A stretch of 64,000 nucleotides of DNA from an uncultured delta proteobacterium (GTDB lineage Bacteria; Desulfobacterota; Binatia; UBA9968): assembly GCA_963728565.1 (NCBI GenBank), contig CAVSLC010000013.1, positions 384,001 through 448,000 on the forward strand, read 5' to 3'. Shown piece after piece: positions 38,606-49,593 of the stretch (position 1 is the first letter of the stretch; the number at the start of each line of letters is the position of its first letter). The notes below the pieces were generated by a model that ran no database searches, had not been told where the DNA came from, and worked only from the letters and a program-made list of their open reading frames with translations. The position numbers were made by a program, and so were the translations under genes.

Positions 38606-38645
38606 GACTCCTCCACAAACTCGTACTTCACGCGAACGTCCGATT

Positions 38646-39773
38646 TTACCGAACTTGGAACTCTTTGATTGCGTCATCGTTAAGCTCCAGGCCGAGCCCC
38701 GGCTTTTCAGTCAGAGTTATCCATCCTTTGACCGGCGCCGGCAGGTCCTTATAGATGACGTTTGCCGTCAGCCAATTATTTACGTGAATCTCGGCGCGCC
38801 AACCGTTGGGAACAGCAGCGTGCAGGTGAATATCGAAATGATCGCCATTTCCAACCGGCAAATTGAACGCGTGCGCCAGTCCCGCCGCTTTCATGCCCAT
38901 GGTGAATCCGCCTACGGAAAGGACGTGGATGTTTAAGAAATCGACAGAATTCTGCTTTACCAGGTCGGCAAGCTTGAAAAAATTGTCCCACTGACCGGCG
39001 GCGATAGGGATTGACGTTTGTTTCCGCAGCTCGGCTAATAAGTGTGGGTCGTTGTGGATGATCGGCTCTTCGAACCACATGAGATTATAAGGCTCAAAGC
39101 GTTTACACCATCGAACCGCGGCATCATATTTCATCAAACAGTTGGCATCGGCCATCAGTTCGACATCGTCGCCTACCGCTTCGCGCACCGCTCTGATGCG
39201 AGACTCATCTTCCGCCGGATTGTCTTCGCGATGCTCGCCGCTGGCGCCGGAAGGATCCATCTCGCCACGAATATTTGAGCGGCCGACTTGAATTTTGAGT
39301 CGGCTCTGTCCGTCGGCGACCCAATGCTTGGCCGCCTGGGCGAGCTCGTCACGACTATAAGCGCGCAATCCGAAGGTGATGTAGGAGGGAATGGCTTTTT
39401 GCGCGCCGCCCAACAAACGCCATACGGGAGCGTTGTAGAATTTCCCTTTTATGTCCCAGAGCGCGACATCAATCGCGCTGGCGGCAAAATTCCACACCCC
39501 GGCGTGGGCGCGCGTGTTGAATTTCCAGAGCATCTGATGCATCAGGCGCTCGTTCTCCAGCGGATCCTTGCCCTTTAAAAACGGCAAGAGGTCCTGCTGG
39601 ATAAACGCCGCCGTGGCCGAGTGCATGAACCCACCGAGCTGGGAGATACCGATTCGGCCGTCGTCGGTTTTAACTTTCAGCAGCCGCACGGCCGTGCGCA
39701 ACGGCTGCTTGAACAACGGCGGAGTCACCGGAATATTTTGCAGCTCGAGAATTTCGATAGCAGCTACTTTCAA
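38646..39773 (-). CDS. Mandelate racemase/muconate lactonizing enzyme family protein
   Basis: AIDVALWDIKGK, LLGG, LMADAN, WFEEP, PGLGLEL. Confidence 0.88.
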   Translation of the reverse strand: MKVAAIEILELQNIPVTPPLFKQPLRTAVRLLKVKTDDGRIGISQLGGFMHSATAAFIQQDLLPFLKGKDPLENERLMHQMLWKFNTRAHAGVWNFAASAIDVALWDIKGKFYNAPVWRLLGGAQKAIPSYITFGLRAYSRDELAQAAKHWVADGQSRLKIQVGRSNIRGEMDPSGASGEHREDNPAEDESRIRAVREAVGDDVELMADANCLMKYDAAVRWCKRFEPYNLMWFEEPIIHNDPHLLAELRKQTSIPIAAGQWDNFFKLADLVKQNSVDFLNIHVLSVGGFTMGMKAAGLAHAFNLPVGNGDHFDIHLHAAVPNGWRAEIHVNNWLTANVIYKDLPAPVKGWITLTEKPGLGLELNDDAIKEFQVR

Positions 39774-39891
39774 AATGGTTCTCCTTTGAAGTTTTTATCG
39801 ACGCGTTAGGTAAACAGCAGGCACTGACAGCCCCGCGAAGATGATCGCGGCGATTGCACTGTCAGCAACTGACTTCTCCGCCGCCGTTTCG

Positions 39892-40920
39892 TTACTGCGC
39901 CAGTATTTTTCGGATGCGATCGACGACATCCTGCGGCTGATCGATGACTTCACGAGCGATCTTGGCGAGCTCCTCGCCCGATACCGGTGTTATGTCCAGC
40001 TTCTTTTGCTTTGCTTCCTCCAACAGCCCTGGATCACTCATGCTTTTCATAAAGGCATCGCGTAGCAACTGGGTGCGATCCGGCGGCGTGGCTGGGGAGG
40101 TCACTACGGGTCGGCCGAGCTCGCCGGAACCGAGCATCACCGTCGCTACTCGTCGACCCAGGTCCGGTGTTTTGACTTCGTCCATCAGCTCGCTCAAAAG
40201 CGGGGTATCCGGCAATCGCGGATCGCGGGTGCGGCCGGTTTGCATAAGTATCCGGACAAAGTTTTTCTTGCGCCAAGTATGATATGGCTCACGCTGGAAA
40301 TAGGCCTGAGTAGTAAATGAGCGGCAAACTACCTCGTTGCGCTCAGTGGCGAGGTCGATCTCGTTGCCGCCCGCATAGCCGGTGACGATGGTGAATTTAG
40401 TCCCGAGAGTTTCCTCGAGCATCCGCGGGATATAGTGACCGCTGGTTCCCGTCCCAGTGGCGCCGCATTTGGGAGGTTCCGCCGCTTTGCGGACGTCCTG
40501 CATGGTCTTGTAAGGTGTATCGCTGCGCATGTAGAGCATGTGCTCCGATTTGTCCATGCTGGCAATCCAGGCGAACTTCGTCCAGTCGAATTTCACTTCT
40601 TTATTGCCCTGGAGCTGATTGAAGTAGTGCGCCGGATTGATGGAAGCCAGAGTCAGGCCGTCAGGCTTGGCAACTCCGTAAACATAATTGGCTGCGACCA
40701 ATCCCCCTGCCGCAGGCATATTCTGCACGACAACGGTGGGGTTGCCGGGCAGATACTTTCCGATGTGCGCCGCCAGCAACCGCGAGTAGATGTCATATGC
40801 CGTGCCTGAGCCGGAGCCGACGATGAACGTAATCGTTTTGCCTTGATAGAAAGGCGCTTGGGCGTGCAGTTCAGTAAGAAGAGCGAACACAATCAAAAGC
40901 GATAAAAACAATTTCTCCAT
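39892..40920 (-). CDS. TctC/Bug-family substrate-binding protein
   Basis: VQNMPAAGG, KPDGLT, GYAGGNEI; paralogue of 37556-38605. Confidence 0.87.
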   Translation of the reverse strand: MEKLFLSLLIVFALLTELHAQAPFYQGKTITFIVGSGSGTAYDIYSRLLAAHIGKYLPGNPTVVVQNMPAAGGLVAANYVYGVAKPDGLTLASINPAHYFNQLQGNKEVKFDWTKFAWIASMDKSEHMLYMRSDTPYKTMQDVRKAAEPPKCGATGTGTSGHYIPRMLEETLGTKFTIVTGYAGGNEIDLATERNEVVCRSFTTQAYFQREPYHTWRKKNFVRILMQTGRTRDPRLPDTPLLSELMDEVKTPDLGRRVATVMLGSGELGRPVVTSPATPPDRTQLLRDAFMKSMSDPGLLEEAKQKKLDITPVSGEELAKIAREVIDQPQDVVDRIRKILAQ

Positions 40921-41000
40921 ATGACCTCCGTACGCTGTTTCGAAGTTGGCCTGAGCGCCGCATACCAGGCCTCGATGAGAATTGTGAAATATTTTTGGAT

Positions 41001-42053
41001 CTATCCGCGCGGCGGCAGCGGCTCATGCTCTGCTAACTTTTTATAAAGCCCAATGACTTCCGGGTCGCGCGGTAACTCTTTTACCAGCTTCTGAACATCC
41101 TCTCCCGTGAGCGGCGTCGGTTCTCGCCCCATCAGTTTCTTGAATTCCTGCTGGAATGCCGAATCGTTGAAGGTTTTGATCATCGCTTGCCGCAGTATCA
41201 TGACCAGTTCCGGAGGAGTTCCGGGCGATAGATGATGCGGCCAGCGCGGCACCTGGAAGGCACGGAACAATTCTATGACGTTTCGTTCTTTGTCGTTCTT
41301 GGCGAATGTGTCGAGGTCAGGCAGGCCAGGGAGGCGGGGATCGGTTCTCCCTTTGGGATTGCTGATGGTGGCGTGGACGTGAATATTATCCATCATGTCT
41401 TTTCGCAGCAGGCTGTCGGTGTTGCTCGTGGTTCGGGCGTCGAGCTCGTTGTTCTGCATGGCGACGTCCATCTCAGGATCGGTAAAGCCAACGACGAACT
41501 TGGGCTCTTTCAAATCCAGCATATAAGCAAACATACGCGCGGTCACATACACCGAGTGTCCCACCGAGTGAGCTCCTATGCGCAGTGCCGGCGCGCGCCG
41601 CATTTTGTCGAGAGTGTCCAGTCCGGCTGCTTTGCGGGTAAATAGAATGTACGGATTGCCGGTTTCGGTAGAGCCTATGTATGGAAATTTGTCGATATCA
41701 TAATTGCTGCCTGGCAAGCCCAAAATAGGCCCGGGAATCATCGCGCCGGCGGACGCGATCTTTAGACCATCAGGTTTGGCGGTGTAGAAATAATTCGCCG
41801 CCTTCCTTCCACCCGCGCCCGGCATGTACTCCATCACAATCGTCGGATTTCCTGGAATATATTTCTGCAGATACGGCATCAGAGCCCGCGACTGAAACTC
41901 ACCCGAACCACCGGGGCCTCCGCCGCGGATAATCGCAATCGTCTTGCCGACATAGTACGGCGTCTGTGGAAGCACGGGCGCCGCGAAAAACACGTTGCTG
42001 AATGCCAGCGCGGCCAGCGCGCACCGGATGACCCTTCTATCCGCGCGATCCAT
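41001..42053 (-). CDS. Divergent TctC/Bug-like substrate-binding protein
   Basis: GGPGGSGE, EYMPGAGG, KPDGL, PGTPPE. Confidence 0.78.
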   Translation of the reverse strand: MDRADRRVIRCALAALAFSNVFFAAPVLPQTPYYVGKTIAIIRGGGPGGSGEFQSRALMPYLQKYIPGNPTIVMEYMPGAGGRKAANYFYTAKPDGLKIASAGAMIPGPILGLPGSNYDIDKFPYIGSTETGNPYILFTRKAAGLDTLDKMRRAPALRIGAHSVGHSVYVTARMFAYMLDLKEPKFVVGFTDPEMDVAMQNNELDARTTSNTDSLLRKDMMDNIHVHATISNPKGRTDPRLPGLPDLDTFAKNDKERNVIELFRAFQVPRWPHHLSPGTPPELVMILRQAMIKTFNDSAFQQEFKKLMGREPTPLTGEDVQKLVKELPRDPEVIGLYKKLAEHEPLPPRG

Positions 42054-42209
42054 GCTACCTCCGAGAGATTTGCTACCGGTATGCCGATGTTGTGAAATCT
42101 GTGATTACTACATATCTAAATTGCCCCTTAGCTGTCGAGCAAATTCTAGCGGACCACATCACAGTTCGGCGCGCCCTTCGATTCCGACAGAGGCGAAATG
42201 GAAAAATCG

Positions 42210-42580
42210 TCACTCTCGGCAAGCCGATGCTTTGACATCGACGATTGAATAAGCAATTTGATCGGGTTGCCGGGCGATGAGACCACCCCGGATCGCGTAG
42301 CGCTTGGGCCAAAAGTCTTCACCCTCATCATAGAACCGCTTGATCTGTTTATTGACGACGATGCCGAATGGCGCGCTGTCTAAAACGGGTAACGATCCGC
42401 GCGGTCGAACTTGGGCGCCCGCGGTCGGGCTCGAGATGAGGCGCGATCGCCCAAGTTCGACGCCGCGCTCGAGGAGCTCTTTTGACATTCGTCCCTGGTT
42501 GTGCCGGGTGCCGCGGATGATGAAGTTGTCCGCGGCCTCGCCCCAGTACTCTCTCAACCACGATGAAAATGTTACGCGCC
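42210..42580 (-). pseudogene. tcuA: Fragment of FAD-dependent tricarballylate dehydrogenase TcuA
   Basis: PFGIVVNKQIKRFYDEGEDFWPKRYAI.G.LIA.QPDQIAYSI resembles the TcuA mid-region; no N-terminal FAD motif; broken frames. Confidence 0.6.
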
Positions 42581-42771
42581 GCGCATGCTGGGAATCGAGT
42601 CGTCACTGCTCATCTGGTCCTAACTTAAATACTTCAAATCTCGAAAGTACTGCTTCTAGCATCTCGGTACTGAGATAATCCTATTTTCTTGACTCGCCAT
42701 TCGCTCACGACTAGTGTCCACATCGAGTGAGATTTACTGTCAGGCAAGACCCGAAACGATAGGAGTCGAGG

Positions 42772-44226
42772 ATGAACCAACAGAATACAATCAGTCGCCG
42801 GGGTTTCTTGGAGGCCGTGGCCGCATTGGGCTCGCTCGGTCTCGCGAGCTGCGCCAGCAATGACCGGCAAGCGTCAAGATCGGCGGCGCGCGGCCGAACG
42901 GGGCCGCTCCCCCATCGCCGTGAATTCGTGGTGCGCAATGCCTATGTGGTGACCATGGACCCTAAACTCGGTGATATCCCGCGCGGCGATGTCCACGTGC
43001 GCAACGGCGAGCTGATCGCAGTAGGCCCGAATCTTACCGCGCCCGGCGTCGAACAGATCGACGGCAGCAACCGCATTGCTTTACCGGGCTTCGTCGATAC
43101 TCATTTTCATCTGTGGGGCAGTTTCGCGCGCGGCATCGTCGCCGATGGCGAGTTCGATTATTTTCCCGTGATGAGCCGGCTCGGACCAGCGATGACTCCC
43201 GACGAAGCATATGACAGCGCCCGGCTCGGCATCGCCGAAGCCATCAACTCCGGGCTTACGACGATTCACGACTGGTCGCATAATATTATTTCCGGCGCTT
43301 ACGCCGACGCCGATCTACGCGCAATTCGCGACACCGGGATCCGCGCGCGCTTTTCTTACGGCTACAGCAGGAACTTGCAGACCAAGCCGGAGCAGACCGC
43401 CGACTTCGCCGATATCGCCCGGGTCAAGGAAGAATGGTTTGGCTCATCGAACGACGGTTTGACGACCCTGGGATTCGCGTCGCGCGGCGCGGGCGATACG
43501 CCGCCCAAGGTTTACCGGGCCGAGTGGGAGTTCGCTCGCAGCCAGGGACTGCCGATTACACAGCACGCCGGGCGTTCGCTCGCGGAGATCAAAAGATTTC
43601 GGCGCATCGAAATGCTGTACAAGGACAGGCTATTGGGTCCCGACGTGCAGCTCATTCACACTTACAGCGCCTCGCCCGAAGAACGCGCCATGATTGCCGA
43701 AACCAAAACACACGTGAGTATCGCGCCGTTCACCGCGTCGCGGCTAGCTTCCGGACTTCCCTACCTCGGCGATCTCCTGAGTAGAGGGGTTCAATGCAGT
43801 CTCTCTGTCGACACCACGACCGTAGGGGGTAATGCGGATATGTTCGGCATCATGCGGCTGATGCTCCAACTCAATCATCTGCGCTCGATGAATGTCATGG
43901 AAGTGCAACCACGCCGGATATTAGAGCTGGCCACGCTCGATGGCGCCAAGGATCTCGGCATCGCCGATAGGATCGGATCGCTGAGTCCCGGCAAACGCGC
44001 CGATTTGATCCTGGTACGAACGGACGACCTCAATGTCGCGCCGTTTTTCAATCCCGCCCTGTTGCTGGTGCAGCAGGCGCAACCCTTTAACGTCGATACG
44101 GTGGTGATCGATGGGCGCATTCTCAAGCGCAAGGGAGAGTTGCTCGCGTTGGATGCTCAGGAGGTGATCCACAAGGCTGCCGAGTCATTCAATGCGGCGC
44201 GCAAACGGGCCGGCGGCCCGTACTAG
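42772..44226 (+). CDS. Amidohydrolase (Atz/Trz/MtaD-like) with twin-arginine lipoprotein signal
   Basis: SRRGFL Tat motif, LASC lipobox, PGFVDTHFH, LSVD, ATLDGA, GKRADL. Confidence 0.87.
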   Translation: MNQQNTISRRGFLEAVAALGSLGLASCASNDRQASRSAARGRTGPLPHRREFVVRNAYVVTMDPKLGDIPRGDVHVRNGELIAVGPNLTAPGVEQIDGSNRIALPGFVDTHFHLWGSFARGIVADGEFDYFPVMSRLGPAMTPDEAYDSARLGIAEAINSGLTTIHDWSHNIISGAYADADLRAIRDTGIRARFSYGYSRNLQTKPEQTADFADIARVKEEWFGSSNDGLTTLGFASRGAGDTPPKVYRAEWEFARSQGLPITQHAGRSLAEIKRFRRIEMLYKDRLLGPDVQLIHTYSASPEERAMIAETKTHVSIAPFTASRLASGLPYLGDLLSRGVQCSLSVDTTTVGGNADMFGIMRLMLQLNHLRSMNVMEVQPRRILELATLDGAKDLGIADRIGSLSPGKRADLILVRTDDLNVAPFFNPALLLVQQAQPFNVDTVVIDGRILKRKGELLALDAQEVIHKAAESFNAARKRAGGPY

Positions 44227-44416
44227 ATTGCACGAAGATCATTGAAGAGAGATGCCCAGATTTCTAGGTTAGGTAACGGTGGTTAGAAGCTAAGACGTTC
44301 CGCCAAAGTGTCACTCCGAATGTTTGGTAGCGGTCATTTCGGAGTCTCGCTCAAATTCCACTAAAACATAGCGGAAAGACGGACTTTGATTCAACCCACA
44401 AATGGGCAGTTAAGTT

Positions 44417-44543
44417 GCAGGCTGTTCAAAAAGCGTCCAGATGCGAGGCGCGCGATAGATCGATGAGCGGAGGCGTACTTTTAGTACGTTGCAGCGAGGC
44501 GATTGAGCGCAACAAAGCATGTGGGCCTTTTTGGACAGCCTGC
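44417..44543 (+). repeat. ~125-bp TIR-bounded structured repeat, copy A
   Basis: GCAGGCTGTTCAAAAAG...GAGGCGTACttttaGTACGTTG...CTTTTTGGACAGCCTGC. Confidence 0.8.
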
Positions 44544-44544
44544 T

Positions 44545-46227
44545 TCATGCTCGCGTCAGTGGCCGATACTTGATTCGATGCGGTTGTTCCGCTGCGGCGC
44601 CCAGCCGCTGCTTGCGGTCCGTCTCGTACTCCGAGTAATTGCCATCGAACCAAACGACTTTGCTGTCGCCTTCGAATGCCAGGATATGGGTCGCGATGCG
44701 ATCGAGAAACCAGCGATCGTGGGAAATTACCACGGCGCAGCCGGCGAAATTCTCCAGCGCCTCCTCCAGAGCGCGCAACGTATTAACATCCAGATCGTTG
44801 GTCGGCTCGTCGAGCAACAAAACGTTGGCGCCCCCTTTCAACATCTTTGCCAGATGGACCCGATTGCGTTCGCCGCCGGACAACATCCCGACTTTCTTTT
44901 GTTGATCGGTTCCGGAGAAATTAAACCGCGCCACGTACGCCCGCGAGTTCATCTCGCGCGCGCCGAGCTTCAGTGAATCCGCGCCGCCGGTGATTTCCTC
45001 CCAGATCGATTTTTCCGCATCGAGGATTCGGCTCTGATCGACATATCCGAGGACCACCGTTCCACCGATGCGAATCGTTCCGCTGTCGGGTTGCTCCTGC
45101 CCTGTAATCATCCGAAACAACGTCGTCTTGCCGGCGCCGTTCGGACCAATGACGCCGATGATGCCGCCGGGAGGGAGCGAAAAGCTCATATCGTCTACCA
45201 GCAGGTGATCGCCGTAGGCCTTGGAAACCCCTTCCGCTTCGATCACGGTGTTGCCCAGGCGCGGCCCTGGCGGAATGTGAAGGTCTAGATCTTCGCGGCG
45301 CTTCTGTGATTCCTGCTCAAGCAGCGCATCATAGGCATTGATGCGCGCCTTGCCCTTGGCCCGCCGCGCCTTCGGCGACATACGAATCCACTCGAGCTCG
45401 CGCTGCAGTGTCTTTTGCCTTTCGCTTTCGGATTTTTCCTGGCGGCGCAGACGTTCCTGCTTCTGTTCCAACCACGAGGTGTAATTCCCTTGCCATGGAA
45501 TGCCCTGGCCGCGGTCGAGCTCAAGAATCCAACCCGCGACATTGTCGAGAAAATAACGGTCGTGGGTCACCGCGATGACGGTTCCGGGATAACTCTGCAG
45601 GTGATGCTCAAGCCACGCGACGGACTCGGCATCCAGGTGATTGGTAGGCTCATCGAGTAAAAGAATATCCGGCTTCTGCAAAAGCAAGCGGCACAAGGCG
45701 ACCCGGCGACGCTCGCCCCCTGAAAGCACCTTGACCGGCGTTTCCGGAGGCGGGCAGCGCAGCGCATCCATGGCCATCTCCAGCCGCGCATCAAGATCCC
45801 ACGCATCTTGATGATCGAGCTTCTCCTGCACCGCACCCTGGCGCTCGAGCAGCGCGTTCATTTCATTGTCGGACATCTCTTCCGCAAACTTGGCGCTGAT
45901 GTCTTCAAACTCTTTCAACAGATCAACGGTCTCTTGGACGCCTTCTTCGACAACTTCGCGCACGGTACGCGCCTCGGCAATCAATGGTTCCTGCTCAAGA
46001 TGGCCAATGGTGTAGCCCGGCGAGAGGATCGCCTCGCCGTTGAAATCCTTGTCAACTCCAGCGAGTATGCGCAGCAGCGAGGATTTGCCCGATCCGTTGA
46101 GACCGATGACGCCGATCTTGGCGCCGTAGAAATAGGAAAGATAAATATCTTTCAGGACGGCCTTCTTGTCGTAAAACTTACTGACGCCGACCATGGAATA
46201 GATGACCTTATTGGGTTCTGTGCTCAT
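44545..46227 (-). CDS. ettA: Energy-dependent translational throttle protein EttA
   Basis: [55 protein letters not shown]-terminus. Confidence 0.95.
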   Translation of the reverse strand: MSTEPNKVIYSMVGVSKFYDKKAVLKDIYLSYFYGAKIGVIGLNGSGKSSLLRILAGVDKDFNGEAILSPGYTIGHLEQEPLIAEARTVREVVEEGVQETVDLLKEFEDISAKFAEEMSDNEMNALLERQGAVQEKLDHQDAWDLDARLEMAMDALRCPPPETPVKVLSGGERRRVALCRLLLQKPDILLLDEPTNHLDAESVAWLEHHLQSYPGTVIAVTHDRYFLDNVAGWILELDRGQGIPWQGNYTSWLEQKQERLRRQEKSESERQKTLQRELEWIRMSPKARRAKGKARINAYDALLEQESQKRREDLDLHIPPGPRLGNTVIEAEGVSKAYGDHLLVDDMSFSLPPGGIIGVIGPNGAGKTTLFRMITGQEQPDSGTIRIGGTVVLGYVDQSRILDAEKSIWEEITGGADSLKLGAREMNSRAYVARFNFSGTDQQKKVGMLSGGERNRVHLAKMLKGGANVLLLDEPTNDLDVNTLRALEEALENFAGCAVVISHDRWFLDRIATHILAFEGDSKVVWFDGNYSEYETDRKQRLGAAAEQPHRIKYRPLTRA

Positions 46228-46319
46228 TGTCTAAATCATTTCCCTTGAAAGTGGGTTTTTCAAGCTAGCCTGTCAGATCGGATTGTGCAAGAAATAATCA
46301 AATCGGCTGCGATTACGTT

Positions 46320-47312
46320 ATGGGGACAAACCTGAAGTTCGGGCTGCTGCTACCGCATTTCTGCGAGCATGCATCAGTGGCAAATTGCCTTGAAGGGGCG
46401 CGACGCGCGGAGACCTATGGCTTCGACTCTGTCTGGGTGCGGGATCACCTGGTGTTCGAACCGCATGGTATCGAGGGCAGCGACAATACTCACGTTGAAG
46501 GCTTGTTGCTGCTTTCGGCGATTGCCGCTGTGACAAAAAGCATATCGCTGGGGACTTCGATGGCGATTTGCCATCGCCACCCGATCCACCTAGCGCAACT
46601 CTTTGCCGGTTTGAGCGTGATTTCGCGCGGCCGCGTCATCATGGGCATTGGTTTGGGCGGATTCCCGCACGAGTTCGCCGCGGCAGGTTACCCGACGGCG
46701 ATCGATCAACGCGCCGAGTTGGTTAGAAGCAACGTGCAGATTTGCCGGCGGTTGTGGGCGGGTGAAAGGGTCTCTTTTAAAGATGACTATTTTCAGTTTG
46801 CCGAAGTCGCGCTGAAGCCCTGTCCGGTTCGCCCGATTCCAATCTGGTACGGCGGTGGCACACCGGCCGCCTGCCGGCGCGCGGTGGAGTACTGCGACGG
46901 CTGGATGCCGGCGCGAACCACCTTGGCGACTTTCGAGAAACTCATCGGTTACCTGCGAGAGCTCTGTCGAAACGCGAACAGACCGATGCTTAGCGCGGCG
47001 GTGATGCCCTTTACCAGCGTCAGTAAAGATCGCGAGACAGCGCTGAGCAAGATAAGCATCGAGTCATTGCTGCGAGAGGCCAACAAGTTTCCAACCTGGG
47101 TTAAACCGCCGAGCGGCGTGTTTTCAAGATTGGATGATATCCGGGGTTTGATCCTGGCGGGAACGCCGGCAGATGTGATCCGTGAGACGCGCGCCTATGA
47201 AGACGCCGGCGCCGATCACATCGTTTATGATCTGCGTTTCCGCTATGCCGATTGGCACCAACAAGTGGACCTTTTGGGACAAGAAGTCTTGCCGGCGTTT
47301 ACACGCCGCTGA
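46320..47312 (+). CDS. LLM-class flavin-dependent oxidoreductase
   Basis: GFDSVWVRDH, SRGRVIMGIGLG, PIPIWYGG, DGWMP. Confidence 0.88.
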   Translation: MGTNLKFGLLLPHFCEHASVANCLEGARRAETYGFDSVWVRDHLVFEPHGIEGSDNTHVEGLLLLSAIAAVTKSISLGTSMAICHRHPIHLAQLFAGLSVISRGRVIMGIGLGGFPHEFAAAGYPTAIDQRAELVRSNVQICRRLWAGERVSFKDDYFQFAEVALKPCPVRPIPIWYGGGTPAACRRAVEYCDGWMPARTTLATFEKLIGYLRELCRNANRPMLSAAVMPFTSVSKDRETALSKISIESLLREANKFPTWVKPPSGVFSRLDDIRGLILAGTPADVIRETRAYEDAGADHIVYDLRFRYADWHQQVDLLGQEVLPAFTRR

Positions 47313-47433
47313 AAAAGACCCATACGCTTCGTTGCTCTTAAACTTCTCGCGTCAACGTACTGCAGGCGTACGCCTCCAGCGCGTCGAGGTTCGATTTCAC
47401 GCGCCTCGCCTTTGGATCTTTTTGAGCAGCGTG
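47302..47433 (-). repeat. ~130-bp TIR-bounded structured repeat, copy B
   Basis: Reverse complement CACGCTGCTCAAAAAGA...GAGGCGTACgcctgcaGTACGTTG...GGGTCTTTTTCAGCGGCGTG; supplies the LLM stop codon. Confidence 0.75.
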
Positions 47434-47441
47434 CTAAGAGC

Positions 47442-48590
47442 CTAAGCGCCGTGTGAGAGATAATAGACGCGGCGCACTACAGATCGTAAAATCTCGACAG
47501 CATTCTCGCCGAGGATCTTTTTCTTTACGGTTTCGGAAAGATCGCTGCGGGCGCGCACGACGTCCATGGAGCGCTCACGCGCTTCACCGTGCGGAATATC
47601 CGCGGAAGCCATCATCTGGTCCTCGCCGAGCAGCTCGAGGACCTGCGGCAACGACGCCTCCTCGGCTTCGCAGGTGAAGAACACCCGCCCTTCTTTTAAG
47701 TATTGCGGCGGACGCTTTTTTGGCATGTACCCGCCCCGCGCATTGCCGGTATCGGCGTGATAGTAGTGATCCATCCGGCCGATCCAGTACGGCAGCCACT
47801 CCGAGCCGGCCTCAAGGAAGGCCACGCGCAAGCGAGGGAATTCATCCAATACGCCGCCGCCGAGGATGGACCAGAAGGCCGCGAGCACCGGCAGGGTGAA
47901 TGAGATCCTCGACATGTAAATATTCTCGCAGCTCTGGTTGAGCCCGGGATGACTCCAGCCGACGTGAACACAAAACGGCAGGTTCTGCCGTTCCATTTCC
48001 GCATAAACCGGGAATAAGGACTTATCGTGCAAGAGTCTCTCACCGGCTGTTCCCATCGTGGTGATCGCCGAGGCGCCGAGTTCCTTGCAACGCCGCACCT
48101 CTTTGGCTGCCTCGGCCGGCGAGCGCAGCGGCACGACACCCGCCCATTTCAAACGATGCGGAGCCTGAGCGCAGGCGCGCGCGAGATAGCTGTTGTACGC
48201 GCGCATCAGCGCAGCTTCGAAGACCAGGTCATCGGTTAACGTGGCGAGAAACAAGGTGGGATAGATAACCTGAACGTCAAGACCAAAATCGTCGAGATCT
48301 CTCAAACGCGCCTTGACATCGGTAAGGCCCTGGCTGCCGACGCTGAACGGCTTGGCTTGCGCGTAGGTTGAAGTCAGCGGCGTCGCAATCAGGATCGTGC
48401 CGGGCCCCTCGAGTTTCGGCACCGCAGCTCCGTCTATGTACCAGAACGCGTTGAGATTCGTGTGGCCGATATTCTTCTCGAGAGTGACGGGAAACGGTCG
48501 CCGTGATTGGAACTCCGGCTCTAGATGATCCCAGATCTGAGTCACCTCCTCGATATGGGAATCCGCATCAACGATTTTAAACTTTTCCAT
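47442..48590 (-). CDS. Amidohydrolase-2 family protein
   Basis: DADSH, CVH, AFLEAG, ADIPH, KILGENA; the C-terminal tail is probably frameshifted (expected ...ENAVRFYDL). Confidence 0.87.
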   Translation of the reverse strand: MEKFKIVDADSHIEEVTQIWDHLEPEFQSRRPFPVTLEKNIGHTNLNAFWYIDGAAVPKLEGPGTILIATPLTSTYAQAKPFSVGSQGLTDVKARLRDLDDFGLDVQVIYPTLFLATLTDDLVFEAALMRAYNSYLARACAQAPHRLKWAGVVPLRSPAEAAKEVRRCKELGASAITTMGTAGERLLHDKSLFPVYAEMERQNLPFCVHVGWSHPGLNQSCENIYMSRISFTLPVLAAFWSILGGGVLDEFPRLRVAFLEAGSEWLPYWIGRMDHYYHADTGNARGGYMPKKRPPQYLKEGRVFFTCEAEEASLPQVLELLGEDQMMASADIPHGEARERSMDVVRARSDLSETVKKKILGENAVEILRSVVRRVYYLSHGA

Positions 48591-48612
48591 AACAAGCTCT
48601 CCGATGATCTCC

Positions 48613-49593
48613 TTACAGTCCTAGCTCTTTCTGCGCCTGGCGCAGATAACTCACATCGATATATTTTTCCGGTCCCGGCAGCGGCTCTTTCAGCACCCCG
48701 TCCTGCGCCTGCACCTCAATGTTCACTTTGAGCCCCGGCAACGTCACCTCGCCGTTTACGGCATAGACTTTTTTCTTGATGTAATAATCGATCCCGCGAC
48801 GCGAGTAAGGCGCCTGCAGGCCAAGCTCCTTCGTTAAAAAATCCGCGGCTTCGGCAGGCCGGTCATAAATCCAGCGCAAAGCCTGAATGTGGCCCTTGAT
48901 GAATTTGACCACTGAGGGGCGATTTTTTTCAGCCCATGCCGGATTTATATTGATGGAATTGAATTGATAGGTCGAGATCACCTCCATCGTGTCGCCCAGG
49001 CTCGGGAATCCTTTGTCGACGGCAATGTCCCCGTAGGGAATCCCCAAGACGGCGCCGGCAATGGCGCCGCTTTCAAGAGCGCTCAGACGCGCCGGCGTGC
49101 CGCCCGCGATCACCACCATCGAAAAATCCCGCGGATAAACAAGCCCTTTGCTCTTGAGATAAGACAGCAGAATGGACGTGGCGCCGCCGCGCAAGCTCGC
49201 AACCCCAAGTCTCTGTCCCTTGAGATCCTCGATCCGCTTGATGTTTTTTGCCCCGACCAGAAGATAAGGCGCGGCGTTGCTCGAACCCGCGGCAACCTTC
49301 AGCTCGCCGCCGCCACCGCTGCGCTCGTTCCAGATGATAATGCCGTCGGCATTGATATTAGCAAAATGAAGATCGCCGGTGACCAGCGCCTGAAGCTGAA
49401 CATCGCTCCGGCCGATGCTCACAAGATCGACTTGCAAACCTTCTTTAGGATGGAAGTGCTTGCGCGCGATGAAAAACGGTAGGTAGTTAAGATCTCGAGA
49501 CGTATACCCGGCGCGAACCGTCTCGGCTCTGCCGGAGTGCGCAAGGATCAAAGCAGATAGAAGCAGCAGAATGAGAATGACTGTCTGTTTCAT
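48613..49593 (-). CDS. ABC substrate-binding protein, NMT1/SsuA family
   Basis: Signal peptide; DLKGQRLGV; GGTPARLSALESG. Confidence 0.86.
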   Translation of the reverse strand: MKQTVILILLLLSALILAHSGRAETVRAGYTSRDLNYLPFFIARKHFHPKEGLQVDLVSIGRSDVQLQALVTGDLHFANINADGIIIWNERSGGGGELKVAAGSSNAAPYLLVGAKNIKRIEDLKGQRLGVASLRGGATSILLSYLKSKGLVYPRDFSMVVIAGGTPARLSALESGAIAGAVLGIPYGDIAVDKGFPSLGDTMEVISTYQFNSININPAWAEKNRPSVVKFIKGHIQALRWIYDRPAEAADFLTKELGLQAPYSRRGIDYYIKKKVYAVNGEVTLPGLKVNIEVQAQDGVLKEPLPGPEKYIDVSYLRQAQKELGL

